DNA of 53,505 nucleotides from Zoogloeaceae bacterium (GCA_031258715.1 JAIRMN010000063.1:1-53505), one strand, 5' to 3'. Positions 8,635 to 19,304 are shown, counted from the stretch's first letter. Notes: generated from the letters alone by a model not told the origin. Program-made: numbers and translations.

Positions 8635-9939
8635 CTACCCGGGAGGTTTGCGCCACGGTTGGTCATGAACGCCGTCATCCAGGCGCGCCACGCTGTCGTG
8701 TTGGCGCTGGTTTTCCAGGTGGCGAAGACGGACGAGGTACATGATGCCGCTGATGAAGAGACCGAAAAGGGTGACGATCCAGGCAATGGGCATTTCCGCC
8801 CGAAGCATCAGGAAATACAGTCCCGCCATGAGCAGGATGGAGATGTTCTCATTGAAGTTCTGCACGGCGATGGAATGCCCCGCGCCCATGAGAATATGCC
8901 CCCGGTGTTGCAAGAGCGCGTTCATCGGCACGACGAAAAAGCCGGAAAGCGCGCCAATGAGGATCAAGAGTGGAATGGCGATTTCACTATTGGGGACGAA
9001 ATTCATGACCAGCACGACGAATCCCATGACAATGCCCAGCGGAATGACGCGCACCGAGGCTTTCAGGCTGATGAAGCGGGCGGCCAGGGTCGCGCCGATG
9101 GCGACGCCCACCGCCACCGTGCCCTGCAACATGGTGGCGGAAGCATAGCCCAGCCCCAGCTCGTCTTCTCCCCATTTTATGACGATAAGTTGCAAGGCCG
9201 CCGCCGCGCCCCAGAAAAGCGTGGTGACGGCGAGCGAAATCTGTCCCAGTTTGTCGCGCCACAGCAGCGCGACGCAATGGCTGAATTCATGCGCCAGATA
9301 AAGCGGATTCTTCTTCAGAGGCTTGTGATCGACGCCGGTATCCGGCACGTAAAGATTGATGATGGCCGCCACGATGTAGATCAGGCCGATTAGGGCGATC
9401 ACGGCTTCGATGTGCGTATCCAGGAAGAGCAGCGGCGCGGCGAGCAGGACGCGGGTCGCGCGTTCGGTGAAGAGGAGGCCGCCCAGCGTCACGCCGAGAA
9501 TGATGGCGGCCACGGTCAGTCCTTCGATCCAGCCATTGGCGAGCACCAGCAGACGATGCGGCAGGTATTCCGTGAGAATGCCGTACTTGGCGGGTGAATA
9601 GGCCGCCGCGCCCAGTCCCACCACCGCGTAGGCCATGAGCGGATGCGCGCCCAAGAGCATCATCAGGCAGCCTAGTATCTTGACGCTGTTGCTGATGAAC
9701 ATGACGCGCCACTTGGGCATGGAATCGGCAAATGCGCCGACAAAGGCGGCCAGCGCGACATAGGAGACCGCGAAAAAGACTTTCAGTATGGGAACATACG
9801 CTTCGGGCGCCTGCAAATCGCGCAATACGGCAATGGCGACGATCAGCAGCGCGTTGTCGGCCAGCGCGGAAAAAAACTGCGCGGCCATGATGATGTAAAA
9901 ACCTGGAGGCAAGACGCTTATCTCTCGTCGGTTCAGCAC
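8635..9939 (-). CDS. lplT: Lysophospholipid transporter (MFS)
   Basis: GFYIIMAAQFFSALADNALL, YSPAKYGILTE, GHSIAVQNFNEN. Start uncertain (may be about 9912). Confidence 0.9.
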   Translation of the reverse strand: MLNRREISVLPPGFYIIMAAQFFSALADNALLIVAIAVLRDLQAPEAYVPILKVFFAVSYVALAAFVGAFADSMPKWRVMFISNSVKILGCLMMLLGAHPLMAYAVVGLGAAAYSPAKYGILTEYLPHRLLVLANGWIEGLTVAAIILGVTLGGLLFTERATRVLLAAPLLFLDTHIEAVIALIGLIYIVAAIINLYVPDTGVDHKPLKKNPLYLAHEFSHCVALLWRDKLGQISLAVTTLFWGAAAALQLIVIKWGEDELGLGYASATMLQGTVAVGVAIGATLAARFISLKASVRVIPLGIVMGFVVLVMNFVPNSEIAIPLLILIGALSGFFVVPMNALLQHRGHILMGAGHSIAVQNFNENISILLMAGLYFLMLRAEMPIAWIVTLFGLFISGIMYLVRLRHLENQRQHDSVARLDDGVHDQPWRKPPG

Positions 9940-10007
9940 AAAGGCGGCGTTGACAGATGCGCCCGTGCGGTCGCGGCGCGTCCGCGATTATAGTGAGAAA
10001 CGCCGGA

Positions 10008-11285
10008 TCATGCCGCTTTTTTCGTGAGGAGGGCTGCGTAAAAGGCGTCCGTGCCATGCCGATGGGGAAAGAGTTGCAGGCGCTCGCCGATTTCCGGCAC
10101 GCCGTAGCGGGCAAGCTCGGCATGGGCGGAAAGCGGGACGAATTCCGGATGGGCGGCGAGAAAGGCGTCGACAATCCAGTCGTTTTCCGCGTCGAGCAGA
10201 CTGCATGTGGCGTAGAGCAGCCGTCCGCCGGGACGCACGAGACGGGCGGCGGCGGCAAGGATGGCGGCCTGCTTTTGCGCCAGCTCGTCGATGCTTTCCG
10301 GCGTCTGCCGCCATTTCAGTTCCGGGTTGCGGCGCAAGGTGCCCAAACCGGAGCAGGGCGCGTCGACCAGCGCCTTGTCCATTTTTCCGGCCAGCCGCTT
10401 CAGGCGCGGGTCGCGTTCGGATTCGATCCGCATGGGATGGACATTGGAGAGACCGGATCGCGCCAGACGGGGCTTCAGGCGGGCAAGGCGTTTTTCGGAA
10501 ACGTCAAAGGCATAGAGCCTGCCGCGATTGGACATCAACGCGCCCAGAAGCAGGGTTTTTCCGCCCGCGCCCGCGCAGAAATCGGCGACGGCCTCGCCGC
10601 GTCTGGGCGCGAGCAGGAGTCCGAGCAACTGGCTGCCTTCGTCCTGCACTTCGATGACGCCCCGCGTAAAAAGCGGGTGACGGGCAAGCGCGGGTTTTTC
10701 GGCAAGACGGAGGGCAAACGGCGAATACGCGCCCGCCGCCGCCATCCCTTCACGAAAAAGCGCCGCCAATACCGCGTCGCGCTCGCCTTTCAGGGTGTTT
10801 ACGCGCAAATCCAGCGGCGCGGGCTGGTTCAGGGCTTGCGCGAGCGCCCGCGTCTCGGCCTCGCCATACCTTTCGACGAGCCGAAAATAAAGCCAGTCGG
10901 GCAGATCGGCGCGTTCGGCGGCGGTGAGCGCGTCCTCGTCAAAATCCTTCAGCGCGGCAAACTTCCGAGCTTCGCCGGGTTCGAACAGGGGGGCAAGCGC
11001 CGACAGGTCGCGGCCTTCGGCAAGGAGCGCGGCAAGGAACAGGCGGCGAGGCGAGGGAACGCCTGAAAAAAGGGCGGCAACCTTGACATTCAGGCTGCGA
11101 TAACGGCGCAGAAGGGTAAAAGATGTCTGCGCAAGCAAGCCCCGGTCGGCATGGCCGAGTTTGGGATGGGCGCGAAAGTAACGGGAAAGCGTCTTGTCGG
11201 CAGCCTCGGCAAAAGCGAGCAACTGCTCCAGGATGGCAACGCCGTGGACAAGAAGGGCAGGGGAAAGACGAGCGGGACGAGTCAT
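10008..11285 (-). CDS. RsmB/NOP-family RNA cytosine-C5 methyltransferase
   Basis: EVQDEGSQ, DFCAGAGGKT, VDAPCSG, YATCS motifs. Confidence 0.93.
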   Translation of the reverse strand: MTRPARLSPALLVHGVAILEQLLAFAEAADKTLSRYFRAHPKLGHADRGLLAQTSFTLLRRYRSLNVKVAALFSGVPSPRRLFLAALLAEGRDLSALAPLFEPGEARKFAALKDFDEDALTAAERADLPDWLYFRLVERYGEAETRALAQALNQPAPLDLRVNTLKGERDAVLAALFREGMAAAGAYSPFALRLAEKPALARHPLFTRGVIEVQDEGSQLLGLLLAPRRGEAVADFCAGAGGKTLLLGALMSNRGRLYAFDVSEKRLARLKPRLARSGLSNVHPMRIESERDPRLKRLAGKMDKALVDAPCSGLGTLRRNPELKWRQTPESIDELAQKQAAILAAAARLVRPGGRLLYATCSLLDAENDWIVDAFLAAHPEFVPLSAHAELARYGVPEIGERLQLFPHRHGTDAFYAALLTKKAA

Positions 11286-11394
11286 CGAAAGACGAAGCGG
11301 AAAAGGAAAGAGGATAATCCATTATCAGCGCGACGCGCGGATTTCCATCGATTCAGGGGGCACAGATCAGGGAACAGGAGTCGGGAGGCAGAGG

Positions 11395-11464
11395 AAGTTA
11401 CCGGCGCATCAAGCCGCGGGTTACATATCCGGATTGCTTCGTCGCTTCGCGCCTCGCCATGACG
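11395..11464 (-). repeat. Palindromic intergenic repeat family A
   Basis: GGATTGCTTCGTCGCTTCGCGCCTCGCCATGAC arm plus AAGTTACCGGCGC...GCCGCGG extension shared with other copies. Confidence 0.8.
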
Positions 11465-11495
11465 AAGGTTGGTGTGGTTGTCTTCTGATTCCCGA

Positions 11496-12548
11496 TCACT
11501 GATCCCCGATTTCCTTTTCTTCCGGTTCGACAAGGATTTCGCGGGCGACCTGTTCGTAGTGTTTGCCGTTCTTGTCGGTGAAGTGCAGGCGCACGGGCAG
11601 CATCAGGTAATCCTGCGCCAGCCAGATATCCGTGCTGGTTTCGCCCGCTGTCTGCACGTGCAGGGTATTGAAGCGTCCGGCGGGCAATTCCAGGACTTCC
11701 TCGCCGATGATGACAAACTGGATGTGTTCGTATTTCTTGTGGGTCGCCAGCCAGAAATCCAGCGTGCCGCGCGCGCCGGCGGCGATGCTGCCGGGCAGCG
11801 CGTTATAGGCGAACTGATATTGCAGACTGAGAAAATCATGGCTGTTCGCGTTCATCTCGACCGGCGGATTCTGGTTGATGCGCACCTGTTGCGCTACGCG
11901 GTCGAATTCCACGCGCTCCGGCGCGTCCCTGTCGTGGGTCTGTTGATAGGATTCAGGCCGAAGCCCATGCGCGCCGATGCTGCCCACGCTATCCGAAACG
12001 ATCTCGGCCGGATAGAAAAGAGCGGCAAGTCCCGTGGTTTTCAGGAGGGAGGAAAGACGATAGCGATCGCCCTCAATTTCCCAGCGCAGTTCGGCGCGTC
12101 CGATCTCGAACCCTTGCGTGCCGCGATAAACGCTGTAGCGTACTTCGCCATGCGCCGGGAAAAAGTCGATATGCTCCGCCGCCGATTCATCCTGAGGCTC
12201 AACTGCCGGAAAAGAAACGCTCGCGGCCTCTCCCGGCAATGGGATCGCCGCCGTATCAGGCGCGGGCGTTTCCGCATCGGCCGGCGGCAATGCAGCGACA
12301 ACCGGGTCGGGCGCGGGCGTGACGGGAGGTTCCGCGGCGGGCGTGACAGGGGGGGGGACGGGTTTGACGATGGGCGCGGGCGGAGAGGAATTGGGCGCGA
12401 GCGTCGCCATGAGGCGCGGCGGCGGCGGCAGTGGCGCGGGCGCGCGCCAGTCCCAGCGCAGCGGGGGGGAAAAGACCGCCAGATGCAGGAGGCTGGAAAG
12501 CGCCAGCGCAATGCCCAGTTCGCGCCGGGGAAAAAACCGCGAAGGCAT
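11496..12548 (-). CDS. DUF3108-domain protein
   Basis: LALALSSLLHL N-terminus, Pro-rich linker, LELPAGRFNTLHV...DIWLAQDYLMLPVRL; usual neighbour of purN. Confidence 0.8.
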   Translation of the reverse strand: MPSRFFPRRELGIALALSSLLHLAVFSPPLRWDWRAPAPLPPPPRLMATLAPNSSPPAPIVKPVPPPVTPAAEPPVTPAPDPVVAALPPADAETPAPDTAAIPLPGEAASVSFPAVEPQDESAAEHIDFFPAHGEVRYSVYRGTQGFEIGRAELRWEIEGDRYRLSSLLKTTGLAALFYPAEIVSDSVGSIGAHGLRPESYQQTHDRDAPERVEFDRVAQQVRINQNPPVEMNANSHDFLSLQYQFAYNALPGSIAAGARGTLDFWLATHKKYEHIQFVIIGEEVLELPAGRFNTLHVQTAGETSTDIWLAQDYLMLPVRLHFTDKNGKHYEQVAREILVEPEEKEIGDQ

Positions 12549-12559
12549 GGACAGCAAGG

Positions 12560-13207
12560 CTAGGCAAACCGGGGCGCGTACAGGGCGTCTTCCTGTTGTC
12601 GTCCCCGCGCTTCGACCCGCTGGTCGACGATGCGCAACCGGCCTTCCATGAACCAGCGCACGGCAAGCGGATAGATGCTGTGCTCCTGCGCCAGTACCCG
12701 CGCCGCCAGCGTGTCCTCGTCGTCGCCATCGAAGACCGGCACGGCGGCTTGCAGGATGATGGGGCCGTGGTCGAGCGCGGGCGTGACGAAGTGCGCCGTG
12801 CAGCCATGCAGCCGAACCCCGGCTTCCAGCGCGCGCCGGTGGGTATGCAAACCGGGAAAGGCGGGCAGGAGGGAAGGATGGATGTTCATCAGCCTCTCCG
12901 CGTAATGGCGCGTAAACCCCGCCGAAAGAACGCGCATGAACCCGGCCAGCGCCACCAGATCCGGCTGATGGGGGTCAATGGCGGCGATGAGCGCCGCGTC
13001 GAAACTTTCCCGATCCGGATAATCCCTGTGATCGACGACGAAGACGGGAATACCGGCGGCGGCGGCATGGGCAAGCCCCGGCGCGTCAGGACGGTTGGCA
13101 AGGACGGCAACAACCCGCGCCTTTGCGAGTTCGCCCTGGCGTTCGGCGTGAATCAGGCGTTCCATGTTGCTGCCGCGCCCGGAAATCAGGATGACGATGC
13201 GTTTCAT
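12560..13207 (-). CDS. purN: Phosphoribosylglycinamide formyltransferase
   Basis: LISGRGSN, LAGFMR, NIHPSLLP, GCTAHFV. Confidence 0.97.
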   Translation of the reverse strand: MKRIVILISGRGSNMERLIHAERQGELAKARVVAVLANRPDAPGLAHAAAAGIPVFVVDHRDYPDRESFDAALIAAIDPHQPDLVALAGFMRVLSAGFTRHYAERLMNIHPSLLPAFPGLHTHRRALEAGVRLHGCTAHFVTPALDHGPIILQAAVPVFDGDDEDTLAARVLAQEHSIYPLAVRWFMEGRLRIVDQRVEARGRQQEDALYAPRFA

Positions 13208-13923
13208 CTCAAGAGACTCACCGGCAGGAAAATCGAGGTGGCGATCGAGTGGGTGACGCGAGTGATGGCGCGTCCGCTCTTGTCCGCCAGGATGTTGGCA
13301 ACGTAATCCAGGAGCGCGATGACGCCGCCGAATTCCCGTTCGAAAGAAAGATTCTGCAATGCCCCTTCGATTTCATTGGAATAAATGAGCGGCTTGCCCG
13401 TCGCGTCCTGTGCGGCGGCGAGCTTCCAGACGGCGATTTCCATGTTGCGCGCGCAATTGTAGAACTTCTGCGCGTCCAGCGAATCGAGCATGAAAAATTC
13501 GTTCTTGTGTTCATAGGCGGCATCTGTCATGGTCAACAGCCCATAGATCAGCGCCGCCACACGATCGTCCGCGTAACCGGGATCGAAGGCCAGCAGGGCC
13601 GCCGCGCCTTCCGTTTTCCCGGCAAGCGACGCGGGCGCGATCTCGCGGTAACGCAAAAGCGACGCCATGGCCGCTTCACGTCCGGAATGAGCCGCCTTTT
13701 TCCATTCGCGCGGATTGCGCCGGTAAAGTTTGTCGGCAATGCGCGAAAGCGCCGCCATGACAAGCTCGCGGCTCAGGTCGACCACCCGGTCGATATCGGA
13801 TTTGACCAAGTACTTCGGACTGAAAACCGTCGTTTCCTGTCCATCCGTCCCGCGCCGGGTGGCGCAGGCGGCAGGCAAAAGCATGAGGGCGGCGGCAATG
13901 AAGCGTCGCCGGTTCAGGGACAT
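13204..13923 (-). CDS. Conserved hypothetical lipoprotein
   Basis: MSLNRRRFIAAALMLLPAAC signal with lipobox-like Cys; KLYRRNPREWKK, NLSFEREFG. Start refined to ATG 13923. Confidence 0.8.
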   Translation of the reverse strand: MSLNRRRFIAAALMLLPAACATRRGTDGQETTVFSPKYLVKSDIDRVVDLSRELVMAALSRIADKLYRRNPREWKKAAHSGREAAMASLLRYREIAPASLAGKTEGAAALLAFDPGYADDRVAALIYGLLTMTDAAYEHKNEFFMLDSLDAQKFYNCARNMEIAVWKLAAAQDATGKPLIYSNEIEGALQNLSFEREFGGVIALLDYVANILADKSGRAITRVTHSIATSIFLPVSLLR

Positions 13924-14567
13924 GGCTTTCTCCGTCGCCGCAAGCGCAATATCCAGGCAAACAAGGCAGGCAAAAAGGAGATCAGGATGATGCCCAGGAT
14001 CATCACGGAAAGATTCTTCCGCACCCACGCCAGGTTGCCGAACCAGTAACCAGCCAGGCAGAGCGTGAATACCCAGGAGACCGCGCCAAAAAAATTGAAG
14101 AAGAAAAAGCGCCCATAGTGCATGGCGCCCACCCCGGCGACAAACGGCACAAAGGTGCGAAAGAGCGGCAGGAAACGGGAAATGATCAGCGCCTTGCCGC
14201 CATGCCGCGCATAAAACGCCCGCGTTTTCAAGAGCGCCGCCGGGTTCAGGAAACGGGCACTCTCCCGCTTGAACACGTCCGGCCCAAGATAACGGCCTAT
14301 CTGATAATTCGTCATGTTGCCCAACACGGCGGCAGAAGACAACAACCCCAGCAACAGGCCAATCTGCATCTCCCCCAGCGCGGCAATCGCCCCGGCGACA
14401 AAGAGCAGGGAATCGCCCGGCAGGAACGGCGTGACCACCAACCCCGTTTCCGCAAAGATAATGACAAACAAAATGGCATAAATCCACACCCCATGCTGCG
14501 CCGTCAAGGACGCCAGATACTTGTCCAGATGCAGGGCAATGTCGACAAGCGTACCCAGAAATTCCAT
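13914..14567 (-). CDS. dedA: DedA family membrane protein
   Basis: FAETGLVVTPFLPGDSLLF, RFLPLFRTFVPFVAG. Confidence 0.95.
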   Translation of the reverse strand: MEFLGTLVDIALHLDKYLASLTAQHGVWIYAILFVIIFAETGLVVTPFLPGDSLLFVAGAIAALGEMQIGLLLGLLSSAAVLGNMTNYQIGRYLGPDVFKRESARFLNPAALLKTRAFYARHGGKALIISRFLPLFRTFVPFVAGVGAMHYGRFFFFNFFGAVSWVFTLCLAGYWFGNLAWVRKNLSVMILGIILISFLPALFAWILRLRRRRKPCP

Positions 14568-14804
14568 AAGTCAAAGAATCCGGAAATCATGAAAACCACA
14601 AGTATAGCCCTTGCGGGCAGCAATGCGCGCCTACGGCGCGGATAACGAGCGTGATTCAAACGGACGCGGACGCTTCGCGCCGCCCCAGCCCGCCATGCGC
14701 CGGAGCGAAGCGACACAATCTTACTGCCCGCAAGGGCCGACGGATGCGCTGTCTGAAACGCCAGAGCTACCGAATAAAGGCCGACTGGATGGCCTCGTTC
14801 CAGA

Positions 14805-14935
14805 GAATGACGAGGGAGGAACGTTGTTGCAAGCGCGGCGCGACCGGAACGATATGCCCACGTCATTGCTAGGAGCAAAGCGACGAAGCAATCCAGATGC
14901 GTAGCAAGCGGCTTGATACGCCGGTAGCTTCTTCT
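14805..14935 (+). repeat. Palindromic intergenic repeat family A (composite copy)
   Basis: GTCATTGCTAGGAGCAAAGCGACGAAGCAATCCAGAT...GCGGCTTGATACGCCGGTAGCTTC. Confidence 0.8.
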
Positions 14936-15031
14936 GGCTCCTGACTCCTGACTTACTCCACAGAAATTCAATGCCCGGTCAAATACGGGGAAAAAAATTT
15001 GCTTTTTCCTCTTGACAGCAGATTTATTTTT

Positions 15032-15164
15032 TAACTATTTGATTTTATTGGGTTTTATGGATGGCCTATTTTTGAGGCAACCTTGAGACAACGCCGGTAG
15101 CTATGGAATTTTGACGGATTAGTGACACGATACCCACAAAGTTATCCACAGTTTCTGTGCGTAA
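15032..15164. promoter_or_regulatory. DnaA-box cluster with IHF and Fis-like sites
   Basis: Perfect TTATCCACA at 15142-15150; degenerate boxes at 15130-15138 and 15156-15164 (opposite strand); IHF consensus match AATCAA-ATAG-TTA on the minus strand at 15032-15044; Fis-like GCCTATTTTTGAGGC at 15064-15078. Confidence 0.6.
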
Positions 15165-15204
15165 ACGCGCGTGTCGTTTGTTCGGGAGGCGATTCGAACG
15201 TATG

Positions 15205-15260
15205 CGACGCGACAATCCAGATGCGTAACCCGCGGCTTGATACGTCGGTAGCTTCTTCTG
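15205..15260 (+). repeat. Palindromic repeat family A, partial copy
   Basis: CAATCCAGATGCGTAACCCGCGGCTTGATACGTCGGTAGCTTCTTCTG matches 14890-14936. Confidence 0.75.
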
Positions 15261-15492
15261 TCCACTGATTCCTGCATCCGGCAAGTTTTGCCGTTTTCGG
15301 GGATCGGGAGACAGGCGGGGGAAAACGAGAGGAGGGTGTGGCGGGATATTGTCCGCGCTTTCTTTCGTCGCAAAACACGCCTTGGACGGGAGGCGCGTTT
15401 GTTCGTCTTTTATTGGCACGCTTAGTGCTTTTGGGTGTCGTGCGTCGGCGGGTTTGCCGATGGTGGTCATGAATAACGAGAGGAATCGCGTC

Positions 15493-15909
15493 ATGTTTGG
15501 CGACATCAACGGCTATTTGGCGGTCTATTCGCAGGCGTTGGATCTGCGCGCGCATCGGCAGCAGGTGTTGGCCTCCAACATTGCCAATGCGGACACGCCG
15601 TATTACAAGGCGCGCGATTTCGATTTCAAGGCGGCGTTTGCCGAGGCGATGGGGCGGCAAGCGGCGGACGGGCATCTGGCGCTTTCCCGCACGCATGACG
15701 GGCATTTGCCGTTGGCTTCGGACGCGCTGGAGGGCGTGAATCTGCAATATCGCACAGAGCATCAGTCGGCGGTCGATGGCAATACGGTGGATATGGACAT
15801 GGAGCGCGCGCAGATCGCGGATAACGCGCTGCAATACCAGATGTTGACCCAGTTCGTGACACAGAAGCTACAGGGCATGAGAAGCGCCATCAGCAGCAAC
15901 CAGGGATGA
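15493..15909 (+). CDS. flgB: Flagellar basal-body rod protein FlgB
   Basis: RQQVLASNIANADTPYYKARD, DGNTVDMD. Confidence 0.96.
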   Translation: MFGDINGYLAVYSQALDLRAHRQQVLASNIANADTPYYKARDFDFKAAFAEAMGRQAADGHLALSRTHDGHLPLASDALEGVNLQYRTEHQSAVDGNTVDMDMERAQIADNALQYQMLTQFVTQKLQGMRSAISSNQG

Positions 15910-15923
15910 GGTGAAAATCGATC

Positions 15924-16337
15924 ATGAGTCTTTTCAATGTCTTCCAGGTCGCCAGCAGCGCCATGTCGGCGCAGTCCTTGCGGCTGAACGCGGTGGCTTC
16001 CAACCTGGCGAATGTCGACAGCGCGGTTTCCGCCGATGGGACGCCTTACCGCGCCAAGGAAGTCGTGTTCCAGGCCGCGCCAATGGGCAACGCGGGCGAG
16101 GCTTCACAGGGCGTTCGGGTCACGCGTATCGTGGAATCCGCCGCGCCGCCGCGCATGACCTACGATCCTGGCAATCCGCTGGCGGACGATCAGGGTTATG
16201 TCGCCATGTCCAATGTCGACGCGGTGGAGGAAATGGTCAACATGATTTCCGCTTCGCGTTCATATCAAACCAATGTCGAAGTCATGAACACCGCCAAGCA
16301 GATGCTCATGCGCACACTGCAAATCGGCAATCAATAA
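15924..16337 (+). CDS. flgC: Flagellar basal-body rod protein FlgC
   Basis: [36 protein letters not shown]. Confidence 0.97.
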   Translation: MSLFNVFQVASSAMSAQSLRLNAVASNLANVDSAVSADGTPYRAKEVVFQAAPMGNAGEASQGVRVTRIVESAAPPRMTYDPGNPLADDQGYVAMSNVDAVEEMVNMISASRSYQTNVEVMNTAKQMLMRTLQIGNQ

Positions 16338-16348
16338 GGAGCAAGGTC

Positions 16349-17023
16349 ATGTCTATCAATAGCGACATCATCGACGCGGTCAACGCCAGTTCGTCGGCCT
16401 ATGGCGCGGCTTCCGCCAAGGCGGCGAGCGCGGCGGAGGAAATGAGCGATCGTTTCATGACGCTCTTTCTGGCGCAGTTACGCAACCAGGATCCGTTGAA
16501 TCCGATGGAAAACGCGGAAATGACCTCGCAACTGGCGCAGATGAACATGGTTTCCGGCCTGGAGCAACTGAACGCCACCATGAAAACCCTGCTGGGCAGC
16601 TATGGCGAGGCGCTTTCCCTTCAGGCGGCAAACCTGATCGGCAAGAATGTCCTCGTTCCCGGCGATCAACTGGCGCTCACGGAAAATGGCAGCCTGTTCG
16701 GCCTGGAGCTGGAAATGTCGGCGGACAAGGTGGAAATCAGCATCATGGACGCGAACGGCGTGGAGATCGCGCGGCAGACCCTGGGACAATTGAACGCCGG
16801 TTCGCAAGCCTTTTACTGGGATGGCGCGGACAAGAATGGCGATGCCGCCGCCCCCGGCGCGTACCGTTTTTCCGTCCTGGCTTCCCTGGACGGGGAATCG
16901 GTCAATGCGCGCGCCTTGCAGGTTGGCACGGTCTCTGCATTGATACGCGGCAAGGACGGTTTTGTCATCGAAGTCGCCGGCGTTGGCAACGTTACGCTGG
17001 ATAATGTTAAACAGGTATTTTGA
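16349..17023 (+). CDS. flgD: Flagellar hook capping protein FlgD
   Basis: FLAQLRNQDPLNPMEN..TSQLAQ; AAGGAG RBS before ATG 16349. Confidence 0.96.
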   Translation: MSINSDIIDAVNASSSAYGAASAKAASAAEEMSDRFMTLFLAQLRNQDPLNPMENAEMTSQLAQMNMVSGLEQLNATMKTLLGSYGEALSLQAANLIGKNVLVPGDQLALTENGSLFGLELEMSADKVEISIMDANGVEIARQTLGQLNAGSQAFYWDGADKNGDAAAPGAYRFSVLASLDGESVNARALQVGTVSALIRGKDGFVIEVAGVGNVTLDNVKQVF

Positions 17024-17047
17024 AAACCGCTTCATCAGGAGAATATC

Positions 17048-18439
17048 ATGGCATTTCAACAAGGTTTGAGCGGGCTGAACGTCTATGCCAAAGGGCTGGA
17101 CGTGGTCAGTCACAATATCGCCAATGCCAGCACGGTCGGCTTCAAGGCGTCGTCGGCGCATTTTGCCGATGTCTATGCCGGGGCGCTGAATGGCTCGGCG
17201 AATTCGCAGATCGGCATTGGCGTCAGCCTGATGGCGGTGCAGCAGCAATTCACCCAGGGCAACGCGAGCATCACCGGCTATGGCATGGACATGATGATCA
17301 ACGGCAACGGTTTTTTCCGTTTCCAGAAAAGCCCCGCCGACCTGACGCCTTATTACAGCCGCAACGGGCAATTCCATCTGGACAAGGATGGCTATATCGT
17401 CAATTCCAACAGCTGTTTTCTGACTGGATATGATTCGCCCGATGGCGAAACCATCAACACGGCCTCCATCGTGCCGCTTACCGTCGGCACCGGCGCGATT
17501 CCGCCCAAGCAGACCGGCTGGTCTACGTTGGTCGATCAGACCAGGGGCGGGTTGGCAATGGGCGTAAATCTGGACGCGCGCGACGAACGATCGGCAACGA
17601 CAAGCATGGGCAGTGACTGGGAGCAACTCACCGCCTTTGCCTGGAATGCGACATTTCAGTCAAGCATGTTCAATTATTCCACGCCGGCAGCGATCTACGA
17701 TCAGGCTGGAACCCTGCACACCCTGACCAATTATTACGTGCGCCAAGGCGATACGGGCGCGGCTGCGCGCACCTGGGACGTGTATACCGTCATCGACGAC
17801 AAATATCTGGTTTCCGCCACACCCAACACACTGGTCTTCAATGCCGACGGCACTTTGAGTACCACCAACGCCCGCTTCGAGATGGACATGTCCCAGACCA
17901 TCCTGCAGGACGGCACGATCGTGGATTTGACCGCCGATGCCCCTACGCCGCCCGCCACAGTGTCCTACAACTGGTTTAACGCTACCACGCCAGGGGGGTT
18001 CGCCTTTTACCTCGACCTGAGTGAGACCACGCAATTCGGAATGCCAAACAATGTTGATTCCACAAAGCAGGACGGCTACATCGCCGGATCGCTCACCAAC
18101 CTCTCCGTTTCGCCGGAAGGCTATGTGATGGCGAGCTACAGCAATGGCCAGAACAAGATGATGGGACAGGTCATCCTCGCTGAATTCGCCAATCCGCATG
18201 GCCTGCAAAGCACCGGCAACAACATGTGGATCGAGACCTACACCTCTGGCCAGGCCACCATCGGCGAACCTGGCGGCGGTACGCGCGGCATCATCCAGTC
18301 CGGCTCGGTCGAGGATTCCAACACCGATCTCACGCAGGAACTGGTCAATATGATCGTCATGCAAAGGAACTACCAAGCCAATGCCCAGACCATCCGCACA
18401 CAGGATCAAATCCTGCAGACGCTGGTGAACCTGCGCTGA
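17048..18439 (+). CDS. flgE: Flagellar hook protein FlgE
   Basis: MAFQQGLSGLN...NIANASTVGFK; ELVNMIVMQRNYQANAQTI. Confidence 0.96.
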   Translation: MAFQQGLSGLNVYAKGLDVVSHNIANASTVGFKASSAHFADVYAGALNGSANSQIGIGVSLMAVQQQFTQGNASITGYGMDMMINGNGFFRFQKSPADLTPYYSRNGQFHLDKDGYIVNSNSCFLTGYDSPDGETINTASIVPLTVGTGAIPPKQTGWSTLVDQTRGGLAMGVNLDARDERSATTSMGSDWEQLTAFAWNATFQSSMFNYSTPAAIYDQAGTLHTLTNYYVRQGDTGAAARTWDVYTVIDDKYLVSATPNTLVFNADGTLSTTNARFEMDMSQTILQDGTIVDLTADAPTPPATVSYNWFNATTPGGFAFYLDLSETTQFGMPNNVDSTKQDGYIAGSLTNLSVSPEGYVMASYSNGQNKMMGQVILAEFANPHGLQSTGNNMWIETYTSGQATIGEPGGGTRGIIQSGSVEDSNTDLTQELVNMIVMQRNYQANAQTIRTQDQILQTLVNLR

Positions 18440-18540
18440 TAGGGTAACGCCATGCATCGCGCCTTCTTCCCTTTCTTCCGCGCCCAGGCGTTGCCGCTCG
18501 CATCCCGGGGCGGCGGGAGGGACTTTCAGTGGAGCCGCGC

Positions 18541-19284
18541 GTGGATCGCCTGATCTATACCGCCATGACGGGCGCCAAGCATGTGTTCATGCAGCAGGCG
18601 GGCGTCGCCAACAACCTCGCCAACGCCAGCGCCATTGGCTTCAAGGCGCAAATGCACCGCTTTACGGCCGTGCCGGTGCTTTCCGAGGCCATGCCCAGCC
18701 GCGCGTTCGTGGTCGACGCGTCCATACAGGACATCTTCGACGAAGGCCCGATCCTGCGCACCGACAATCCGCTCGACATTGCCATCGACGGCCCTGGCTG
18801 GCTGGCGGTACAGGACAGAAACGGCGAAGAAGCCTACACCCGCGCGGGAGCGCTGGAAGTCAATGTGAATGGCGTCCTGCAAACCAAGAGCGGCTACATC
18901 CTCGAAGGCGACGGCGGCCCCATCACCATCCCGCCCGACAACCACATCGCCATCGGCGGCGACGGCACGGTTTCCGTCATTCCGGCCTTTGGCAATCCCA
19001 ATGTGGTCAATGTGGTCGGGCGTTTGAAGCTCGTCAATCCGCCGGAAACCAACCTCGCGCGCGGCGGCGACGGCCTGTTTCGCCTGAAGGATGGCGGCAT
19101 TTCACCGATGGACGAAACGGTGCGCGTCGCCTCCGGCAACCTCGAAGGCAGCAACGTGAACGCGGCGGAAACGATGGTGCAGCTCATCAGCCTTTCCCGC
19201 CAGTTCGAAATGCAAATCAAGCTCCTGCAAAGCGCCGACCGTAACGCGCAGGCCGCCGATAAACTCTTGAGCATAACCGGCTAA
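18541..19284 (+). CDS. flgF: Flagellar basal-body rod protein FlgF
   Basis: (M)[31 protein letters not shown] start. Confidence 0.95.
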   Translation: MDRLIYTAMTGAKHVFMQQAGVANNLANASAIGFKAQMHRFTAVPVLSEAMPSRAFVVDASIQDIFDEGPILRTDNPLDIAIDGPGWLAVQDRNGEEAYTRAGALEVNVNGVLQTKSGYILEGDGGPITIPPDNHIAIGGDGTVSVIPAFGNPNVVNVVGRLKLVNPPETNLARGGDGLFRLKDGGISPMDETVRVASGNLEGSNVNAAETMVQLISLSRQFEMQIKLLQSADRNAQAADKLLSITG

Positions 19285-19304
19285 CGCCGCGTACAGGAAA
19301 AATC

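Noticed and set aside
7181..8656. 491-aa version of the Tat-signal protein
   Set aside because: The N-terminal extension overlaps lplT and the small ORF; the RBS and signal peptide point to ATG 8437.
14950..15170. Chromosomal origin oriC
   Set aside because: Only one perfect DnaA box and no dnaA, dnaN, gidA or parAB nearby; kept as a DARS-like candidate instead.
14504..15509. ORFs in the dedA-flgB intergenic region
   Set aside because: They are translations of family A repeats (LDCFVALLLAMT-type peptides) with no coding support.
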